Source: Octopus sinensis (lineage: Eukaryota). From it: 64,000 nucleotides of DNA. The position numbers and the translations under genes were made by a program. This document shows, piece by piece, positions 26,328 to 40,264 of this stretch (position 1 is the stretch's first letter; the number at the start of each line of letters is the position of its first letter). The stretch lies in NCBI RefSeq assembly GCF_006345805.1, contig NC_042997.1:143654001-143718000 (forward strand), given 5' to 3'. Under the pieces are notes generated by a model. The model saw only the letters and a list, made by a program, of their open reading frames with translations, did no database searches and had not been told where the DNA came from.

Positions 26328-27379
26328 CCTGGACAAGTGGTGAAACAACTATCATGTTGGAGTAAAGTGATTGATTAGTGAGTTAACAGATATGTCTTTA
26401 TTGAGCATGTGAAAAGAAAATGGTTTTCCTGATTTTCTTCATAAACTATTTTGCATGAAGCAAATCCAGAAGTACTAGATATATAATGATCTCACTCTGT
26501 GATATCGTTTTATATTTTGTCATAAATTATAGAGTAAGTAACTTGACTGACAGTTCAAGAGACAGCATTAATGCGAAGGACTCAGAGAAAATAATAATGC
26601 TCTGAAAAAGGAATCGGTTGCAAAAAGGATAACAAAGGCTCCGGAAACAACAACCAATAAAAAAAATAAAATAAAAAGATATACTAGGAAACAAAACAAT
26701 AATAAACTCGGTGTACAGAGAAGGAAAGCTGGTAAAAGAACATTTTCTTACATAAGCTGAATGCTCTCTTAATGACGACCTATGAGGAAATCGAATAAAA
26801 TGAGAGAAACTGCCTGAAGTAAAACGACGAAGGATCTTCAGTGCATTCCATGTGAAAAAAGTAAGCAGCATTGCAGTTTAAACATATTTAGCTTATTGAA
26901 TGCAAAAAGTAGAGAGAGCACGGTTAATGAATGAATGCAGTATTGAGAACTATCGCGACAGAGACTTCAAATAGAAAAGAAGGGAAAATAAGAATTAAAA
27001 TAAAATACATGCAGGAAAGTGACTGCTATAACAGAAAAAAGAATCGTTGTCCTAGAAATAGAAACCTAGCAAGCAAGAAATATACTGATCTTGAAAGAGT
27101 TAAAGATAGCCTCAGTCTACGAACTAATGACATTTAAGCCATTATGTGTATAAAGCAGTAGAAGTGATTAGATGAGATACGTTACAGCAAAAATAACCAC
27201 GCATACAAAAGAAGTCAAAGTATGGGGGTTCATACTTAATCAAGATGTATGTGATAGCTTCCTCGAAATAATTACTGAAGATCAAACAAGTGGTTTAAGC
27301 TCAGACTTGGATACCTTAGCCTAAAGAACAAGGGAACCACTACACCGGCCCTGATTATTATACTAGATCATCCGTCGTT

Positions 27380-27750
27380 GACGACGACGACTAAGGACAT
27401 CACATGAGAGAAGAAGACGAGGCATGGTGTTTCCGGCTGTGACCGATGATCAGTCTGAAGCATGCTCGGAAAGCTCTGTTACCGGTCCGGCACTGGTGAT
27501 CTGATGGGGCTGAAGGCGAGGAGTTGGCTCTGGACTTGTGCAGTTCGTGTTTTCTTTGTGCCCCTGCAATCCCTATTCTGTTTGTAGGGAGAGCCAGGCG
27601 ATTTTTAACAGCTTTCTTGTGGAAGTGGTTTAGGATTCTCTTTGGCGTGGGGTTCATAAATTGTCCAAGTTTCGCGGGCGTCCAGTAGCGTAGCCAGTAC
27701 AACTGCTTGGTACACCTTCAACTTTGATTACGTGCAGACTGAATGGATAA
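27380..27750 (-). mobile_element. RTE-clade LINE 3' fragment, internally deleted
   Basis: LKVYQAVVLATLL...ETWT and CRTGNRAFRACFRLIIGHSRKH motifs; gtcgtcgtcaacgacgga tail. Confidence 0.7.
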
Positions 27751-28628
27751 GGAATAGAAACGGAAAATCAATAGCTAAAAACACCCAAACAACAACAACA
27801 ACAACAACAACACCAACAACAACACCAACAACAACAACAACAACGTTAAACTTAGCGTGGAAAGGATTCCCAATGTCATGCAAAAGTAGAAGAATCAATT
27901 TGTATTAAGAATTGAAAACATCCAAAGTTAATTGTTTAATTTGGAAACAACACCTCATGATGCGGAATTTAGTCTATGTAATCTGCTTTTCTCTTCATTG
28001 CTTGGCTTTGCTTAACTATAAGAAATCATTATGAGTTTTTATTGCTCTGTTTTAAAAAAGATATAGAAATTCAATAACAAATCAAAACTGCAATATGTTC
28101 TGGCATTGTCGTCGGGGTGCGATTGCAGTTGTTATGCATGTATGAAGATCGCCACCAATGATCATCAGAGATTGCGACACCTACTGTAAGTAGCAGTATA
28201 GAGGATTTTAAGTGCTTTTTGTCTAGGAACGGAGAAGAATGTTATGTTCCAGAAAACGTTTTAAGCTTTCTTGTGTGATGTGTCCGTCTATAGATGCATG
28301 CAAAAGTATAGAAAATTGTACGCGTGTGTGTGTGAGTGCATAAACAGCGTGAGATGGCGAAGATTTCTTTCTTCAGCGCGATGAGAATAGAGATAAGAAT
28401 ATAATAGACTAAACATAACAAGACTAAAGATATAGATAAGGACGAAATGATAACAAGTGCTTCGATAAAACTTAAAAGGAAAAACAAAACAAGCAAAACA
28501 AAACAAAAAAAAAACAGTCATGCTGCATTCATTGGGTGCAGATTAAACGAACTGAATAAACTTTATTATTTTCATTATTATCAAATGCATTGAGTTCTCT
28601 TTTACTTTGTTCGTAACATTATCGTTCA

Positions 28629-28707
<79 letters not shown>

Positions 28708-28849
28708 TACTACTACTACTACTACAACTACTACTACTTATAATAACAATGATTTCTTTTATCGGCCACCAGGACTCAAGATATAGAGGCTCAAGATATC
28801 GAAGGACGAGTTACAGCCCATAAAAAAAATAATAATGATAATAATTATT

Positions 28850-29253
28850 ACTATTTGACTCAAGTTCGGTCTTATTCCTGATAGGATTTATATGGGTAGC
28901 GGGTTACTACCTATAACCTTGGGTATCCATGAGTTTCCAGCAGTCTTTCAAATGCTCAGAACCCTCCTGATAACCTTTTCTGTCCCTAAGAGACAAAGTT
29001 TCTGTAGGAATTCTACCAGACATTCTATTCTAATCTCCCTCAACCATTTGTACATATAATTGCTTACTCTTCACAACACATCAATTATTATAGGCACGAC
29101 CGTTACAATTCTCATACTCGAAATTCTTCCTATTTCAAATTTTAAGGGATTTTATTTTGTTTGGCTTTTCGTTCTCATTCATTACGATCCTGGAATCAAA
29201 TGGGCATGATGGATCGATAAGTAAACAACTTCGATTTTCCTTATCTATGTTGT

Positions 29254-29326
<73 letters not shown>

Positions 29327-29352
29327 ACTACTACTACTACTACTACTACTAC

Positions 29353-29389
<37 letters not shown>

Positions 29390-29687
29390 ATAAAACAGAG
29401 TAGCCGTGTATCGAGTATATGTTTCAATGCAGCAAAACTGGATCCAGAGATGTTGAGAGTACAGTATCTCCTTACTTGGCAAAGACAGAACAGGTGGAAG
29501 TAAATATAGAAGCAGTCTACTGGAAACTCTGGGGTTGAAATTCCAGGTGGGATCCATGCTAATCATATGCCCAAGCCATTTCATCCTTCTGTACTTCCTG
29601 GTTGCTGACACAGTCAGTGAACGAAATGCGGTGTATTTTACACAACCTTCTAACATGAAGCTTCGTTCTCGCCACAAATATCTCTTA
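28850..29687 (-). mobile_element. R4/Dong-like LINE 3' fragment interrupted by trinucleotide microsatellite (29256-29388)
   Basis: DKENRSCLLIDPSCPFDSRI RLE motif; LQKLCLLGT..IRRVL end. Confidence 0.8.
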
Positions 29688-30053
29688 CTAGCAGTATCGC
29701 CCGGCGTTGCTCGGGTTTGTTTCGACTCTTTAGAATTGGAATTTTTGAAAAGTAAAAATTTTGCATTATGTAACTTGTTATTCTCTTTAAGTGAACATTT
29801 TCCTGGTTGAAATACACCGAAAAATGGCGAGACAACAGTAAAAAAATCGTAAAAATGGATTTTTATAGAAAAAAGCACCTTTTTGATGTAAATAATTTTT
29901 GGTGTTAACGTGGTCCATCTACGGATGGAAGAATAAGCCTTCTTCTATCATACTCTCAATTTTGGTCAACTTACGCCGCAGGGTCTCGGAGGAGATAGTG
30001 TTAGTTGAAGGCTACAAACCTGCCATAAACAGACAACTTTATATATATAAAGA
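29688..30053 (-). mobile_element. Short non-autonomous Helitron (366 bp)
   Basis: Minus strand A|TCTTTATATATATAAAG start; cccg-agcaacgc-cggg hairpin then CTAG|T. Confidence 0.85.
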
Positions 30054-30981
30054 TTATTAAAATACATATTGTATCTCCGGAAGCAAAAGTGAGGACGGCG
30101 TAATATTATTAGGTGGTGTATAAAAGTTATGAAGGATTACAAGGGACAACCCCCCCCCACAAAAAACAAAAAACAAAGAAGCATGCAAAAATATTAAGAC
30201 GACAAGTGTAAAGAAAGGTTCGGCAATGGGAAGATCACCAGGGAAGTCATATGGAAGGATATTCCATAGTTACTGAAAAGAACACAACATCTGAATGCTT
30301 AACTAATGTTTAAGAATAGTAAGAATAAAAACAAAATATATAAATGAAAACCTCTGCTTGAAGATCTCAGTTCTCGAATTTTAGATCTTACATCTTGTAA
30401 GCTAGGGTTGTTTAATCCGTAACAAGGATTCTTTAATCTGTAAAAAGGATTCCATCATCTCTATACAGGAATAGATATTTGAAAGAGAAAATGGAAGTTT
30501 ATAGAGATAAAAATTACATTCATTGTATAGATGATATGTAATAAATAGGAGAAAGAATCACCGAATCGTCGTTCCATTGCTGCCCGGGTGATCGTTTGGA
30601 ATAGGAATGGGAGAGTATAGAATACGCAAGAATAAGAAGTAGCAAGGTGAAAACAATAAAGGCAGAGGATATCCAGTGACGATGGAATTTTGAATGCCGT
30701 AGAAAGAACATTTCCACTGTCAAAAAGCCATATTCAATTTTAAAAGGTAACACACACAAACACATTATATAGATAGACAGATTCACACACACGCACACAC
30801 ACACATATAAAAGCACGGTTGTATGGTTAAGAAGCTCATTTCACAACCACCTGGTTTCTGGTTCAAGCTCCACTGTGCAGAATTTTGGGTAAGTAATCTC
30901 TATTATATTGTTAGACTGATCAACGCTTTGTGTTTCGTAGAGTGAATTTAGTAGAGGAAAACTAAGAGGAAGTATATTACA

Positions 30982-31044
<63 letters not shown>

Positions 31045-32116
31045 ACACACACACACATTAGCTATTAATGACGATAGTAACTTTTGTAATGAATATTAAT
31101 TTGCACACCCGACTTAATTTGGATGTGTTGTTAAGAACGCCGTAAACTGCGGTATTCGAACAAAGAAATCATCTCGTATAGACGTTAGATGCTAAAAAAA
31201 AGCACAGATTATATCAATAGGCGAATTTTCGTTAGCACCGGCGGATGGGACTGGTGTATAACATGATTTCAGCGTAATATGATCAGTAACATCACCCAAA
31301 CATCGAATGCCGACGCTATTTCATACACAACCCGCCAACTTTTGCGACATCGCTGACTGTTTAGTCAGAGTTAAAACATATCGGTTTGAAGATTTTTTGA
31401 CCTAGTAATTCAGAAGCATGTAATCTGATAGATTAAGTGCCAGACATAAAATAAGTACTGCGGTCGATTTATTCAAATAAATCCTTAAAGGTGGCGCTCT
31501 AGCATAGGTAAGTGAAACTAGTAACAGAATAAGAAACTTGCAGTAGAGCTGCGTCATAGTGGTGTCAAACATAGAATGCAGACCGCCAAATAACTTGTTT
31601 TATTCTTCTCTTCCGTTTTATTTTGACATGCGCATTGCGTTTTATTTTTATTTTCCGTTTGACGAATTCAGTGTGCACATGTGCATTGCGTGCTCATTCT
31701 TCTCTTTCCGGTTCCTACTCAAAACTGTTTACCGATCACAGCACTCCGCGCTCTGATGGTTGTGAAATAACAAGATATATATTTTTAAGTACACCTACCG
31801 TGCGATGATAATGTCAAATAAATGCAGTATGTTTATGTATGTGTGTATATGTATATATATGTTTAACTGTATGTATACAGTAGTAATTTCTGTACCAGCA
31901 TTTAATCGCATTCAGGAAAAAAAAAAGAAAAAGAAAAATGTATAAAGTGTTGCATGACAACCTTGATCCAGTGCCAATACTTGACCAATATGGAGTGCAG
32001 TATGTTGGAAGTACTGGATGCTTTCCGGTTCACTAGTTTCGAAGTGTTTGGAAAATGCTGATAGGAGCTGCCTTGCTTCCCTCTCATGACTAAATCATTA
32101 TTTTTTATTTAAAAGA

Positions 32117-32195
<79 letters not shown>

Positions 32196-32322
32196 CATCC
32201 ACTTACCTACCCACCAATCTACCTACCTACCTACCTACCTACCTATCTATCAACCAACGTACCAACCTACCTACCTACCTACCTACCTACCTACCTACCT
32301 ACCTACCTACCTACCTACCTAC

Positions 32323-32377
<55 letters not shown>

Positions 32378-32439
32378 CCTACCTACCTACCTACCTACCT
32401 ACCTACCTATCTATCTATCTATCTATCTATGTATCTATG

Positions 32440-32490
<51 letters not shown>

Positions 32491-33676
32491 TATACTTATA
32501 TATATTCATATGTATATGCATATATATACACACATATATATATTTATATGCGCATATATATGTTCACATGTATATATATATAGATATATATATACATGTA
32601 TATGCATGTGTATATATATATAAATATATATATATATATACACATATACATGTATGTGTGTGTGTATGCGTGTGTGTCTGTATTCCTAGTCATAAACATT
32701 CACTTATATATGTCCGTGTGTGTGTATGAGTATGTTAGTCTGTACGCACACAATTTGTGCGTCCATCTCAATGTTTTTGCTTTTATTTGTTAAACTTCTT
32801 TTTCATATTTCTATGACTATTCTTCGACGACACTGCGCATTTTTTTTCATTCTTGCCAGAGATATTTTTGTGAATACGCGTAAGGTTATCGTTGCTCTCT
32901 ATAGTTCTGTGGTTAAAGTAATGTCTGAAAGAAACGCGATGCATAAAGAGTAAAAAAAGAATAAGGTAATGAGAGAGGGAGAGATGGAGAGAGAGAAAAA
33001 GAGAGAGGAAAACAAGCCTTTCTATTGATTATTTTTAAAGGTTTGTTTGAAATGGCGGGAAATGTTGGTTTCATTACGCCATCAACTGTTGCTTTGGAAG
33101 CTCACAATAAAAATCGATTTTTCTCATTTTAGATCAGACCCATGGTGGGTTATTTTTTCGAGAAAAGTGGGGGTACATTACAGTAAACGCACTTAACTCT
33201 CAATAGTACACACTAATAAGTTATAAATGAACGTCATGGATTTATACTGTTCATCACAAGAAGCAATGGGATCATGTTAAAATTATTGACGTTCGTTTCG
33301 GAATCTTACAGTGCTGTGTTTAATTTCTTCCTTAGAATCTTTCTTTCAGTTCGTTTCATTGATTTGTTACACATAAATAGTTTTAGAAACAGTCAAAAAG
33401 AGACATTTTTCGAGCTCGCTCAACTTGTTAGAAATAGCAACCAAAATACTCAGCATCCTTCTATTCCCAGATATTGTCCTTTCAGTCCATATTACAAAAT
33501 GTATGCACAGTCTTACCAAGTCATGCCAGATCTTAGGTGCCTGAAGTGGTAAACATCTTGAGTGGGATAAAATTAAAGCATGTCCGAGATTGTCATCATT
33601 CTTGTCAACGATTACTCTCACCTTCCACTATACCTCTATGCAATTTTATATAAATGTGGGAGTTGTCTCCCCTTAC

Positions 33677-33703
33677 CTTTCTTGATCAGATATGCAATTA
33701 AAC
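33677..33703 (-). CDS. Candidate 27-nt microexon (g-FNCISDQE-ag)
   Basis: Donor AAG|GTAAGG; weak acceptor cactAG; its 2-nt overhang plus the first base of 26327 gives AGG (Arg). Confidence 0.3.
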
Positions 33704-34102
33704 CTAGTGATTAATACTAGTTCTCACTTAAATGTTTCTTTATTATGCAGAACGACCTTCTAGGTAATTTCTATCACCTTCCATTATTTCTCTACAATAT
33801 TCTATCGACTATAAATATTGATTTATCATGACAAGGCAAAAATAACGTATTTAGAAAGAAGAAACTAAATATTAGAAAGTTTGAGTATAGATGCCGGAGT
33901 GCCAGTGGTAAAACGTTTACTTCACAGTCACATGGTTCCTAGTTCAGTCCCACTGCATGACAACTTGGATAAGTATCTTCTGCCAACCAATACCTTGCGA
34001 GTGGATTTGGTAGACGGAAACTGAAAGACGCCCGCCATGTACACACACACACACATAGTAATCTCCTAATATAATAATGGGCGTAGTGTTTTTATATATA
34101 TT

Positions 34103-34158
<56 letters not shown>

Positions 34159-34162
<4 letters not shown>

Positions 34163-35613
34163 GAATTAAAAAAAAAGAAGACGGGTGTGTAAACAACAAA
34201 CAGATGTATTAGTTTAACGCTCGGAAAGTGAGATAGTCTTTTACGTTTCGAGCCTATGCTCTTCGACAGAAAGGAACACAGAAATGAACAGGGAGAGAAA
34301 ATAAAAAAAAGGTTTAGTGGCTAGCGATCTATCTTAGCGAATGCCGGATCGAGGGGTCACACAGGAGAGCTAGGAAGAAGGGGAGATAATAAAATCGTGG
34401 TGATCCCAAAACGAAGGTACGTGTGCGTGTGAATGTGAGAGCGTGTATGTGTGTGTGGATGGGAGTTGGTGACTTTGACGTGTGCGTGTGTGCATGTGTA
34501 GGTGTGTGGATGATGGTGTGGGTGCTGAGAAGTCGTCAGTGCTAGTGTGTGCGGGGTGGTGTGTGGTGTGGCAAGATGTGGTGTGGTGGTGTGTGGTGCG
34601 GTGTGGTGGTGTTGGGGTGTGGTGGAGGTGAGAGTGTGGGAAGCAAGGGTGGGGTGTTGGTAGAGATGGGGTATATGAGAGTATGGTTAAGAGATGGGAT
34701 GGGGGTGGGATGGGATCTATAGGGATAGTGGGGTTGGAATGTGTGAGGGTGGGGTAACGATGAAAGGAAAAGGCGGAAGGGAAAAGGTGGGTAGGAATGA
34801 AAAGAGGAAGTAGGTGTCAGAGCAAGAGAGGAGAGGTGAATGTGAGGAAGTAAGTGTGAGAAGAAGAGAGGAGAGAGAGGAGGAGGCTTAGATGAAGAGG
34901 GGAGGAGAGTTGAGCCCATGTGGGGCAAAGGACAGAAAGGAGAAGATTAATCCATGTTCACGGCGAAGACGGGAGTCCGGATGGTCCCTGTGCAAGGACA
35001 ATCCGAACACAGACAGGTGTTGTAAAGAATGACCGGTAGAGAAGAAATGGCGCGAGATCGGGGTGTCGTTGCCGAGTCTGATGTCTCAGAGGTGCTCCGC
35101 GAACCGGTCAGCCAAGCGGCGTCCCGTTTGATCTCTGTATAGAGAAGGACAGAGAGAGCGGGAGATGCAGTAGATGACGTTGCAAGAAATGCAGGCGAAG
35201 GAGTCAGTGATATGATAGGATCGATGATGGGTGCCTGTGAAGAGGGTGGTGTTGGAAAGGTAAGCGCAAGTGCGGCAGCGTGAGCGGGAGCAGGGGAACG
35301 AGCAGGGTTGGGAGGTTGGGTTAGGGAAGAAGCTGTGGGCCAAGAGGTCTCGTAGGTTGTGGGCTCATTTGAAAGAGGAGCGTGGTCGATTATGGAAATG
35401 TGCGAAGTGAAGGAGTCGGACTGGAGTCGCTGGAAGGCTCGGAGAATGGTGCGTTGGAGAGGTAGGGTGGTGGGGTGGTAGGTGAGGGGAAACGAGTGAC
35501 GACGGGGCGGGGGCGGGGTGAGAGAGCAGATGCACGGTCCACGGAAGTGCTCTATCAAGGGCGGTGTGGATAGTGGTGAGGGGATATCCACGTAGGTTGA
35601 AGTGGCGAGCCAT
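34159..35613 (-). mobile_element. 5'-truncated Neptune-like Penelope element (GIY-YIG region, pyrimidine-rich 3' UTR, pLTR)
   Basis: CSRSRCRTC...NVIYCIS...QTGRRLADRFAEHL; homologous to 61525-63454; flanked by TA/TG microsatellites. Confidence 0.9.
34238..34273 (-). ncRNA. Atypical minimal hammerhead-like fold in pLTR
   Basis: CTTT-CTGTCGA-A-GAGC(ATAG)GCTC-GAAA-CG-TA-AAAG; position 6 is U rather than A. Confidence 0.55.
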
Positions 35614-35636
35614 GTGTGTGTATGCGTGAGTATATA

Positions 35637-35679
<43 letters not shown>

Positions 35680-35978
35680 GTATGTATGTGTGTGTATGTA
35701 TATTTGTCCAAAATCACAGAGTAGGAGTAGGACGGAGTAGGAGAAAGAGAAGTAGAGTAATAGCTTTGACTGAGAGAGTGAGAGAAAGTAATAGCAATGG
35801 AAAAAGGAAGGGTGATAAATGAATAAGGAAGGAAGGGGTGAAAAAAATCAGTGTTTCAACTCTGTGTGAGTATATGTGTGTATGTGTGTGCGTGTACAAG
35901 GGAAGTATATGAATGTTTGTATCTGTGATTAGTATGTACCTCATTTCATACCTTATTTTTATATAAAATACTACAACT

Positions 35979-36010
35979 AGCCGTCGTTTTTGACGGCTCA
36001 GAGTCAGCTA

Positions 36011-36011
<1 letters not shown>
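35979..36011 (+). mobile_element. Helitron-type 3' terminus
   Basis: agccgtc/gacggct hairpin followed ~10 nt later by CTAG|T; 5' end not identified. Confidence 0.5.
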
Positions 36012-36044
<33 letters not shown>

Positions 36045-36429
36045 GCTATGTATGGAAATCATAAATATTCTCATGCATCACTACACGCGTTTCCTCAAAT
36101 CACATGTTTCTTACGATCATAGTCTGTATTCTTAGGATGATTACATTTCAGTTAGTAGTGTCCATGATTACCGAATGGATCATATTCATCAATTCATTGT
36201 ATGAACACACGTGAAAATGTGTGCAGCGATGCATTGAAATATTTATGAATTCATCCATGGATTATTATTATTATTAATACTATATATTTATCCTACTTTA
36301 TATCGGGATAGCTCGGTACAACCCCATAAACCTGCTATTGCAAGTTGGTATCATTAGGCTGTAGCCGACATAATAGAATGGGAGTCTTTATATATCTACT
36401 AAAAACGTTTCCCCTAAACGGACTTAAAG

Positions 36430-36470
<41 letters not shown>

Positions 36471-36513
36471 CACACACACACATTCACACATATATACACA
36501 CGCACATACATAT

Positions 36514-36591
36514 AGGCGCAAGCGTGATTGCATGATAAGAAGCTTGTTTCCAACCACATGGAGCCGAGTTCAGTCCCACTGCGTGTGTGTG

Positions 36592-36636
<45 letters not shown>

Positions 36637-36945
36637 GGTTTGTATGTATGTGTATATATATACATAAATATATATATATATATATATTTATGTATATGTG
36701 TGTGTGTGTGTGTATATATATTTATCTGTGTGTGTTTGTGTCTGTTATTGTTTCCCCTCCACCGCTTAACAACTGGTGCTGGTGTTTTTACGTCCCCGTA
36801 ACTTAGCGGTTCGCCCAAATAATCCGGTAAAATAAATACCAGGCTTAAAAAAATAAGCACCGGTGACATTTTTTCGACTAAACCTTTCAGTGCGTTGACC
36901 CAACATGGTCGCAGTCCAATGACTGAGACAAGTGAAAAATAAAAG
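36514..36945 (+). mobile_element. SINE family 1
   Basis: tRNA-like head, internal microsatellite, shared 3' part. Confidence 0.8.
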
Positions 36946-37073
36946 ACAATAAAGTGGAGTGACAGAACTTTCACCAGGAATCGCATTTGGTTCATAGGTT
37001 GGAAAACAGAAAGCTAATCGCATTAAAGATTAAAGCTTGGCGCCTTATAAATTACGTCCTTATTAAATCTTAA

Positions 37074-38049
37074 CCCTTCGTGGGCCGGCGGGATTGGATT
37101 TACACAAAAGGCCATTGGGATCCCTTTTATTTTTGCGCATTTTCCGCACTATCCATAAAGTAACATTTGTTTAATCTTGTATATATGTATGAAACAGAGC
37201 AAGAAATTTAGCACTTCATAGGTATATATTTGGGATTATGGAGGCGCAGTGGCCCAGTGGTTAGGACAGTGGACTCGCGGTCATAGGATCACGGTTTCGA
37301 TTCCCAGACCGGGCGTTGTGAGTGTTTATTGAGCGAAAACACCTAAAGCTCCACGGGGCTCCGGCAGGGGATGGTGGTGATCCCTGCTGTACTCTTTCAC
37401 CACAACTTTCTCTCACTCTTACTTCCTGTTTCTGTTGTACCTGTATTTCAAAGGGTCGGCCTTGTCACTCTCTGTGTCACGCTGAATATCCCCGAGAACT
37501 ACGTTAAGGGTACACGTGTCTGTGGAGTGCTCAGCCACTTACACGTTAATTTCACGAGCAGGCTGTTCCGTTGATTCGGATCAACCGGAACCCTCATCGT
37601 CGTAACCGACGGAGTGCTTCCACCACCATTTGGGATTATTAGTGTTTAATATGTTGACTGAAAAAAACCTTTATTGAAAGAAATCAACATTTTAAAAATA
37701 GTTTTATAAACTATACATATAGCACTAAATATAAAATAAAACAAAATTATTTAGTATATCGATTTAGACCAGTACAAATATGAAGAAAATTAATTTATAG
37801 CTATCAGAATATCTGAAAAAGGAACAGAAAACAATAATTCCACCCAAGGCCAATGCGATCCAGTTGAACCTCAATGACCATATTTTATGCTATAACATCC
37901 ATATGACTGAACATATTTTAACTCAAAATTCGTTGTGCCTACATAAACTGTTGGCAATAAAAAGTAATGAGATATAAAATCATTTAAATAAAAATGTAAA
38001 AGTTGCATAACTTATAAAATTTGCGTAGACCCCGCTGGCCTACGAAGAG
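37074..38049. mobile_element. Non-autonomous piggyBac-type element with TTAA TSD
   Basis: TTAA|CCCTTCGTGGGCCGGCGGG ... CCCGCTGGCCTACGAAGAG|TTAA (16 of 19 bases match). Confidence 0.8.
37240..37627 (+). mobile_element. tRNA-derived SINE family 3, full length, 12-bp TSD
   Basis: A-box tggcccagtgg, B-box ggtttcgattcc; ATTTGGGATTAT at 37228-37239 and 37628-37639; second copy at 63762. Confidence 0.92.
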
Positions 38050-38595
38050 TTAAAGACTGAAGCAAAAGAAGATGTGTTACTTTCTCCCAATCTTCGTGCA
38101 ATATGTAATATGCTAATAAGCTGTCTGTAAAATCTAATTCGCTCAGGACAAAAGTCATTCCGTTTATTAGGTTTTGTGAGCTGCATTTCTTTTGGTTTGG
38201 AGCCTAGGTTGCGTTTCCGGTAATTTAGGTGATAATACGATTACATTGAATGGTAACGGTGTGAGTTAAAAGTGTACATTTCCTGCAATATCAACAAGGC
38301 GTCGAAATAATGCTTTAGATAAGATTTGTTTCGTGAATTATTTCAGAGAACTTGTATCGCTCGAAGGAAAGAAACCGAATTGAAGACATACATACATGTA
38401 TGCATCAATATATACATATACCCCTACATTTATATATGCAAGTTACATATATACGCATCTGTCTGCCTGTGTGTGTATATATATATAATATATATATATA
38501 TAACCGTACATACACACACAAACACACACGCATACATGCATGTATCTGTATATATATATATATATATGTATATATAATATATATATACCGGAGTA

Positions 38596-38695
<100 letters not shown>

Positions 38696-38769
38696 TAAGC
38701 ACATAAATGCGAAACAAGGTGGAAACAATAGTACTCGAATACCAGAGGTAGAGTAATATGCTTTATTAA

Positions 38770-38901
38770 AAAGCAGGAGAAATATCACAAACAATGTTAC
38801 TCAGAGTTTCACGTTCCCGTTCGTCGGGCATAAACAAAACTGTCCGACGAATAGGAACGTGAAATTCTGAGTAACAGTTTTTGTGATGTTTCTGCTGCTT
38901 T
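38770..38901. repeat. Long imperfect inverted repeat / hairpin
   Basis: 36-bp inner stem 38795-38830/38841-38876, 10-nt loop, plus ~22-bp outer stem. Confidence 0.9.
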
Positions 38902-39030
38902 ATGCATATATACATATACATACATGTGTGTATGTGTGTGTGTATATATGTGCGTGAGTATGTATGTGTGTGCATATGAATGTGTTTATGTACATACATA
39001 CTATATATATATATATATATATATATACGT

Positions 39031-39069
<39 letters not shown>

Positions 39070-40264
39070 CACATATACATACTATTACGTATGAGTGTAT
39101 ATATGTGTGTCGATGTATTTTTATAAGTGCAATTCGTAAGCAAGAACCAAAAGGAAAAAAAGAAAATGTGACATATTGGAGCTAGATTGAACCAGGGATG
39201 TCCTGCTGACAGCCAAATTTTATCAAGAAGTCAGAAAAACATTTGAAATTATCAACATTCAACATTCAGGAAATTATGAAGAACAAATTTCCTTTATCTG
39301 GAAGCCTTTGGAATTCGCGGCTGACAGTGGAGTATTGACTTTTACAAATGTGACATCACATCGTTTGCTTCAACCTTTACAACTTTAATAAGAACATAAT
39401 TTATTAAAGGCCAGCTTTGCTCTTTGATTTCATCATATTTCAAAAACTTCCTTCTCCCTGTGTGAAAGTTTGGGAATTAATACTAATTTTATGATCTTCA
39501 TTCATAATTGTAATTAAAATGTTAATAACCAGTCGTTGCTTTTTATGTTGAGACTCTGGAACAAAAATTCCACTTGTCTCGGTCAGTCGTAGTCATCATG
39601 CTCACTTCATCCAAATAAAAGACATTATAAAATTTAAAAAATAAAGCTGATCGCCGTTGTTGATATTTAGAAAATATGCTAAACCGGGAATTTGACCCTT
39701 ATATCTAGAAATCAAAGACCAGACTTCTTGTTCGATTCACAGATTAAGTTTAGAAGAATTAAGAACTGAATAAAAATAATAATAATAATGATGATGATGA
39801 TGATGATGATAATAATGATAATAATAATGATGATAAATCATACTAATAATAACAATAAATCCTAATGGTCAATAATTTCGTGACAACGCACCATAACAAC
39901 GGTTTTGTACTCTTTCAAACTTCTGTTTTAATTTAAGATGTGTTTTATGACACGAGAATAGTAATTCGTGTTAGGTCACTTCCTTTATATTGGATCTGAT
40001 CTGGCATCGTCGTTGTGATATTTTGTTCAATAAAAACCTCACTTGAAAATGGAGCTTAAATGAAAAGAGTTGGCGTGACATTCAACTTAGATATTTCTAA
40101 GCATAATGACTATTTCACAAGATGGATAATAGGAAATGTGAGGTCTATATCTGATTCTTAAACTTATCAGCATGTACAAATGCAGCTTAATTTTCGCAAC
40201 ATAATCGGTAATTATGTTCATTTATTTCATTCGTACTGACTTGACTCATGAGGATATATAAAAC

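Noticed and set aside
26560-27300. Possible highly decayed LINE N-terminal coding relic
   Set aside because: Too many stops and no diagnostic motif
37240-37315. tRNA gene candidates at SINE heads (also 52590-52659 and 63762-63835)
   Set aside because: A and B boxes are present but there is no full cloverleaf, and each continues into a repeated SINE body
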